DNA of 58,575 bases, the filler included, from Sphacelaria rigidula (Eukaryota), in the NCBI GenBank assembly GCA_964200075.2. It is 9 parts of 9 records of this genome, joined end to end, with 100 filler letters (N's around TTAATTAATTAA, not from the genome) between each part and the next. Parts side by side here need not be neighbours in the genome. Positions count along the whole stretch, not along the records: positions 45,639 to 52,057 come from CAXNAA020020188.1; positions 52,158 to 58,575 come from CAXNAA020020189.1; 7 more parts are not named here. One strand, given 5' to 3'. Numbering within the stretch: position 1 is the stretch's first letter; every line of letters begins with the position of its first letter. The notes below the pieces were generated by a model, which was not told where the DNA came from, made no database searches, and saw nothing but the letters and a program-made list of their open reading frames with translations. Below, piece by piece: positions 51,725-58,575 of the stretch. The translations under genes were made by a program, and so were the position numbers.

Positions 51725-51940
51725 GTGAGGCACGTGCTAACCCACTCAACGGGGCTGCAACATGCTTTTCCCGAGCGAGCAACGTTCGATGGCGTGTCCG
51801 ACTGGCCGAAAATGCGGCAGGTCCTCGAAGAGGCCACACCCGCTTGGTCACCCGGCACCCGTGCGTCATACCACTACTTCACATTCGGGTGGCTGGTGGC
51901 GGCCATCGTCGAAAAGACTTCCGGTGTTTCGTTCGGAGAG
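51725..51940 (+). CDS. Beta-lactamase-family protein exon C
   Basis: AACAG/GTGGGA; 72 codons: VRHVLTHSTGL...PAWSPGTRASYHYFTFGWLVAAIVEKTSGVSFGE. Confidence 0.92.
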
Positions 51941-52157
51941 GTGGGAAGAGGCGGGGGGGAGGGAAGGGGAGGGGGGGGGGGGGGACATTCAAATTTTGGT
52001 GGTTAATATACTGTAAGAAAAAATAGGGGTTCCGGCGTTTTTTTCTGCCCCCGTATTNNNNNNNNNNNNNNNNNNNNNNNNNNNNNNNNNNNNNNNNNNN
52101 NTTAATTAATTAANNNNNNNNNNNNNNNNNNNNNNNNNNNNNNNNNNNNNNNNNNNN

Positions 52158-52350
52158 ACCAAGCGCGAAGCGCCGTGGTGTGTTCGGCGAGTCGCATGAA
52201 GGGTGGGCTGCATCCTGCTAAAAGTGTTCGACCCAGAGGCTACTGATTATCTTACATTTGGATGACAGCCAACAATGAGTTGCTTATGGTATCGCCACTT
52301 CCAGAGACAGCCACAGCTTTTAAACTGCCTCATGGGTGTCTAACCACAAA
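52158..52350 (-). mobile_element. SINE-like family fragment
   Basis: Matches 32618-32815 (CCAAGCGCGAAGCGCCGTGG.GTGTTCGG...). Confidence 0.85.
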
Positions 52351-54103
52351 CAAAACGGGGGGGAGGGGAGGGGTGCGGTAAAATTCTTGGGGGTCCATGA
52401 GAACATTCTTGAAAACCTGGACATGGAAAAGCAAGCACGTTAGTGCTGTACGTCTTCGTCGAACATGATCGCGCCTATGCTTTTTGAACCGAGTAGGTAA
52501 TGCGTATGTGCTTCCATAACTTCCTCTCTCACCCCTTTACAGGAGAAGAGTTGATGCAAGTGGCAACCCCACGTGAGCCGCGAAAGACTAGTAGTGGGGA
52601 TAGTACAAGTGAGGTTGCTAGGGTAACACAGAGGTCGGGTCAGGTTTCTCCTCAAATATTCACGAGGGAGGAGTTGGAGGCCTGCCCCCACAACCCACAA
52701 CCCCCCCGGGCGCGCACGCCCTTCTCGGGTCGATCTTCATTTCTCCAGTTATGATATAGCTCGAAGCTTCTGGGTGATTTCTCCTGAGCATCCATTCATC
52801 CATGCATACTGCGACTGGAACATGAAGAATGCTTTGAAAATTGATGTTTGGATTGCCCCTCTGCGTTTTGCATCAAGCACCTTTGTCAATTTCAAGCACA
52901 TGGAAGGTAATCCAACTTCCGAATGTGATTTTGGAGGGACGTACCGTACTCCCGCCCCTTCTGCTGTTGGTGATTGGGTGGTCATCTTGAAATTAGGCCA
53001 CATTCACCGCGCTTTGATCTCTCTTCAGTTGCACTTTTTTCGCGAAATTTTGTCTGGTTCAGGGGCTCCTAAGGATTCTAGACGCACCAGGATATGGGNN
53101 NNNNNNNNCTCTCGCATATTCTTATAAGTCGGGTTTTGGATGAGATAAGGGGCTCCTAACGATTCGAACCTCAAAAATTGTTTATGTACCCCTACCGTAG
53201 CATCACTGTGTGTGTGAAGTTCGAAGTTTTTCACATAGTCGGAGAGGACTCTCAAATACTTTTTCCAAAGACATGAAATACATGACAGCAGGCTCCGAGA
53301 AGCTAATGCGCTACCTCTGAGCTAATCCGCGTGCTCGACGTCCAGCACTGTACAAGTAGGGAAGAACTTTGGGAAAAGGGGCCGAATGAGCTAGCTCATG
53401 AGCTGTCCCACGTGCAAAGCTTTCAGTCTCCGTTGCCGTGAACAAACCCGTGCTTAATGAATTGTCGAGGTTTTTACTGAGCAGGTGTTGGTACTAGTAG
53501 TGGGAAGAGCTGATATTGTGATGATCTTAGCTTGGGTGATCTCGATGCTTTATATCCTCTAATCCATCACCCCCGATACCATGGGCCATCTCGTTGTAGA
53601 AGCTATCCTCAAAACAGCTTTTTTTAGGGAAATTACAACGTTTGGGGTCAGGGTCAAGGAGTCGAGTTGATCGATGGAAATCGGTTTGATTGATTGTGGA
53701 ACAAGAGTATCTGATAACCGAGAGGCTCAGCCGTGGTCACAGGATAGATGTACCTAAGGCGAACGAAAAAAAACGGGAACGCTCGTAAAAAAAAGCGTCG
53801 TGTCTCGAACTCCGAGTACTGCCTGATTTCGGAACAATTTCGCCGGGTTTTAGAACAGTCCGTTACCTCAGTGTTTGCGTTCCTGAAGGCTGTCTGATCA
53901 AAAAGCTTGAAAACAAGCCCATCCACGATCTAAGAGGTAATGGATGAAATATGTACCGCAAGGAGGGTCTGTCTGGGAGTTACAGATAATTCCACACGAG
54001 TTTTACAGCAGCTGCGCCAGGAGATGGTAGCACACGAGTAAAAAAATGCGCAGAAACCCAATTTCGCGCATCGAGCCCAACACTCAAGGTCCGGGAAATT
54101 CAA

Positions 54104-54200
54104 CCCTCAGGGCGCGAGGGTTGTCCATCTGGATCATGCATACTTTTCCAGGTGAAATCGATGTGGACTCAGTAGATGTCCTACTCACGCCGTCTAAGGG
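54104..54200. mobile_element. Degenerate piggyBac-type MITE
   Basis: TCAA|CCCTCAG...GTCCATCTGGATCATGCA...GTCTAAGGG|TTGA. Confidence 0.65.
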
Positions 54201-54414
54201 TTGAGCTGCCAGACGTAGTTAGACCTTCAAAAACTGGCGTGAGTTCATCTGTTGAGAGTGAGTGCCTTGCTGCACCCGGAGGAAATCGTGTACACTGTTT
54301 TGTAGAGATTAGTACGAGTTGACCGCGAGCGAGAAAAAACGGTTTATAGCTGATATGATCAACTATAAAAAAAACAGCAACCGCTTTTGAGATGGCCTAG
54401 TGACCACGGCGTGG

Positions 54415-54448
<34 letters not shown>

Positions 54449-56699
54449 CGGAAACGCTCCAGGAAAATATCGGTGTGTTCACCTGACGAATCATCATCTC
54501 TGTACGTTGCATCACACCCGTGGCTGATGCAGCTAGTTGCGGAGGCGTTCGTACTGCTCTAAATCTTGTTTTCGGCCATGTGTACAATATTTCACAAGTC
54601 CAGAAGATGTGGGGAGGTAAGGTTTCTTTCAACAACGTGTGCCTGAGGGGCTTGACTGTATCTGTTATCCACAGACACTGTACACCTATATATTACAAAA
54701 ACGGGGAGGGGTAATTGTGGTGTGCGGAGGGCAGGGACAGAGAGATACGCCACCTCCTGGCTGCTCTTGAAAATATTTTTGGGGACCATTTGTGAAATAC
54801 TAGCCGGTCACAAGTCTTCCAGGGCAATCCGCCACTTCATTAGCTTTGTTTTTTTGAGCGTGTGGCTCGTCTGTTGATTTTGCTGTCTGCCCCGGACAGT
54901 CAGTCCCTGGCCTGCCAGCCACTGCAGAAAAAGCAAAAAAGTGACTTCCCCGCGTAGTCGGTAAGCCAACAGGAATACCACAGCTCCACAAAAGAGTTGT
55001 CTTGTCAAACTTTCGGCCGTTTGTACTCTGGTGCCTAAATAGCGAAGAAAAAATTACTATCATAGCGTGCTGTAGAGATGCCCTTCGGCGCTGAAAGTGC
55101 CGGCAGAGTCGAATTTTTTCAAGGGGTTCTCGCGAAATTAGCGAAATCCTCGGCTTGATTACACCAACGAAGGGCCGGATTTGCACGCGGATTTTGGAGC
55201 GCCCTCCAGATTTCTATGTAGGTGGACTTCTGTTGTCGAGAGATTGGCGGATTCCTACGGATTGGTGGATTTTGGATCAAATATGCATCATGTGCTATAC
55301 TGTACATGTTGTGTGAGTACTGCTCTGTGTCAGGTGCGATGCATGTACCATGGATGAGTGTCTTGCACAGCCTGAACGATAGGTTGCATTGTGAAAAAAA
55401 GTGCACCGTGTACAGTGTCGACTATTGCGTCTATTGCTACAAAGAAAAGATTCCATACTGTACGCAGTATGCCTTGTTGGCAATGTAATCCATTGTCATA
55501 TCCAGGGTGTGATGTCTTCAGACCATGTGCCCTTGTGAGTATAGCACAAACATCGTGGCTTGGCTTATATAGGAGACAGAGAAAATAGACACGAGACTCA
55601 CAACGCATGAAAAGCACGTATCAGAACAAGACGATGGCCCTACTCATCTGCCGACTGAGCCCTACTGTTTCATCGCGTATTGACGTACATTATCGGGAAC
55701 GCATCGCTAAAATAGTATATGTCGCTGTACTGCACCCTCATGGTATTTGTTCTTGTCCTGTTTTGTGTGTCCTCGTCCCTCTTGTCTCTGTTTTTTAGTC
55801 CACTTGACGTCCGTTTGTTCTTTATTCACCGCCCCCGCCCTCTTTTCTAGTTTTGTTTAGCGAGCATTTCTGTTTTGTTCAGCTTGGGTACGTCTACCTT
55901 GTGGATAATGACTAATCACGGCTGGGCGCCTTTCCCTTGTTGTTAGCGGGAAATCAGTTAATGTGCGAAAATCAATCAATTATATCGGTCAACTTCAACA
56001 ACCGACACAGAGGCAACGATATATCATTACTTCACATACCCATGATCATGGGTAAACTCCATGCAGTAAATTATGGCACAGCCTGACTACAGCTTGATTT
56101 CAACGTGTGTTCCACGGAATGTCATCGGTGTGTAATCAATCCCACTCGCAAGGCCAGAATCCACCGTAAACCTCTCAACGCACAAACGTCAAGTCAATAA
56201 ACTAGAGGTTGCTATTGCCTAGACGCCACGACCTCCGCAGGGCTAGCGCTGCCTCTGCGCTACCTTGATGAAATGATGCCTACGTAGCGGGGGCATGGTG
56301 TGTATTTCGTCTGCTCAATTCCAGTCCGACCAACCCGTTCTCTCAGACTCGCCGCCATGGCTGCAGTGGTCGCCTCGACATCCACCTCGGGCACTTATCG
56401 TCGACAAAATCACTCTCCTTAAAGGGAATGTTCACCTCTGAAACTCCTTGAAGGGAATGTTCACCCCTGCGCGAGAAAAAAATAATCAACGTAAATTATG
56501 ATGTGCGTGATACCCAGTCTGCGCCGCGAGTTCTCACATCCTAGACTACTGCGCGTGTTTCCAATATCCATGTACAGTGGGTGAAACATCTTGGAAACGT
56601 CAATCTACTGCCACCGCAATGCATATTGCACACATCATGCGCGAGACATATCGAAGGAACGGTATATACTAGCAATACCGTTATAGCCCTCCCCACAAT

Positions 56700-56870
56700 G
56701 ATGACTGGTTTGACGAGGTGGAATCTTTATGTAATCCAAAATGACAAGAGCCGAGCGCATCGAGCAGCTGGGAACTCCCGTGCTTGAGATCGTTTTCGCC
56801 TCTGTCGCCCGTATGTGGGGCTTCATTCAGTCTGAAACCAGCTGTCATGCGCTGTATGGCCATTTTCTCC
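56700..56870 (+). repeat. Dispersed repeat; second copy at ~58285-58475
   Basis: AGCCGAGC.CA.CGAGCAGCTGGGAACTCCC..GCTT.AGATCGTTT...CAGTCTGAAACCA in both. Confidence 0.8.
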
Positions 56871-57564
56871 GTGACCGTTCTGGAGCTAGTTTAGGGGGGG
56901 GGCTATGGCGGTATCACTCATACCTACATGCATAAAAATTGGTACTGCAGGCCTGCTCATAGGTAGCCCCATCAATGTAGATATATCGTGGTCAGCAACG
57001 TACTGTCCGACCAGTATATCCCGGGCCGCGTGGGCTATACGCATTGTTTGGCCAACATGTATCGGACTGGGCGGGCGCCAACATATTGCCTCACTAACGC
57101 ACAGTGAACCCCGTTGACGACAGCGGATTGCGTGACCAACGTGTATTGGGAACGTCGGGTCAGCAGTAGCCCGTGTGGGTGATGAAATTTTCTTCAGGGG
57201 AAATTCAACGGGTACTGTGTATCGAAACTCTCATGTGGTCGTTCGGCAAAAGCAGACTAGGGTGCTCGAAATCGTTGCCGATTCACAGAGTATCAAGCAC
57301 GTAATCAATCAGTTGGTGAAGAACTACGGGCTGGGCTGGCTATTGAGCTCTGTATTGGGCGCTGTGCATATCGTCATTAATGTGTGAACAACTTTGTTGA
57401 CGATGGGAATTGTTGTCTGTCGGTTGGTAAAATCCGCCGTATTTTCGATCGTTTCGCCCTGGCAAATTTTGCTGCACGCGAACCGCGCGAAACGAGCAAA
57501 AATACACAAAATGCATCACGCCGTTTTTTCTGACTTATCGAGGGTAATGCCGCGAGAGCGCTTT

Positions 57565-58089
57565 CCCCTTCAAGGGTTGACATCGGTTGGCAACGACGCT
57601 GTATAACGCGCCACTCTCTGCGTCAGCTAGGCAGCCACGTTCCCGTCATCTTTCTCTTCTTCATTTGCGGTAAGCATGGTGACGTGATGGCGTCATGGTG
57701 GTTGAGGTAAATCATCTTGTGCGGGGCGGAAAACCTCAACTCCGCGCGAAGGGGATAATCGTACTTCGCAGTGTTTATATAGTGAGATAGATATCCATGA
57801 GGCGGTGTAACCCGGTGCCGTCTCTGGAAGTGGCGATACCAGAAATTAATCAACCCGTCGGAGGTTGTCATCCGCATACAACATCATCAGCACGCTTCGG
57901 GTCGAACAATCTCAGCAACATGCACTTCACCCCTCATGCAACTCGCCCAACACATCACGGCGCTTCGCACTTGGTGATTGATTGTGAGCCTGGTCCGGCG
58001 AAAACCCGGCGTGCTCCGTCCCGATATCGTGGGGATGCGAGGTCAATTGTCAAGTGACTACGGCATGCAAGATCACGAGAACCCCCCCC
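57565..58089 (+). mobile_element. SINE-like element, full length, with LINE-like 3' end
   Basis: CCCCTTCAAGGGTTG... to GGGATGCGAGGTCAATTGTCAAGTGACTACGGCATGCAAGATCACGAGAA(C)n. Confidence 0.88.
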
Positions 58090-58575
58090 ACACCACACCG
58101 AAAANNNNNNNNNNTTCCCTGCTGGAGGGCGGGGGGGGGAGGGGGAAAATTGTAAACGCCGGCGGAATAAAAAGGCCAAAGGACCCCCCCCCCCCCCCTG
58201 TCTCGAAAGGGATGCGCAGTCAATGGCCAAACGACTGAGGCGGCCAACAAATGAGCACACCGTCCCCCCTCTGCCCCCAGAAGAGTGGCTAGTTTGGGGA
58301 GGTCATGTTTACATGCGAATCGAAATGACACAAAGCCGAGCACAACGAGCAGCTGGGAACTCCCACGCTTCAGATCGTTTCTCCGACGTCGCCCACATGA
58401 GATATCAGGTGCCTCGTGCAGTCTGAAACCACTCACAAGCGATGATGCATTGTGTGACCAGTTTGTTTTCGGCATTTTTTTTTTTTTGGGGGGGGGGGGG
58501 GGGTCGGGGTTTTTGCCTCAAATTTTCTTTTTCAAGGCCCGTTTCCCTTATGGGGGTTTTAATTTTGGGGGAAAG

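Noticed and set aside
6421..52157. Regular ~6.52-kb periodicity with palindromic TTAATTAATTAA
   Set aside because: Assembly linker inside N runs, not biological

Overview
Eukaryotic, intron-rich and repeat-rich DNA whose exon style and repeat families suggest a brown alga (Phaeophyceae; inference, not proven). The window is not one locus. It is nine apparently unrelated contigs of 6420, 6420, 6420, 6420, 6420, 6419, 6419, 6419 and 6418 bp, joined by 100-bp N44-TTAATTAATTAA-N44 spacers, so it is a size-sorted artificial concatenation and nothing can be inferred across spacers. Recognisable host-gene pieces: three exons of a serine beta-lactamase-family domain resembling the ABC1-kinase/beta-lactamase fusion (45906-51940), the last exon of exportin-4 (27036-27236), a multi-exon coiled-coil gene on the minus strand (33497-38850) and a kinase-like exon (19262-19440). 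The rest is mostly transposon-derived: a dead Ty3/Gypsy element, a decayed RTE-like LINE, a ~500-bp SINE-like family sharing the LINE's 3' end and C-rich tail, and MITEs of Tc1/mariner, piggyBac, hAT/P and CMC type. I found no convincing novel multi-gene system. The most interesting signals are the LINE/SINE pair with poly(C)-like tails, the permuted terminal module of that SINE, and several strongly palindromic MITEs.
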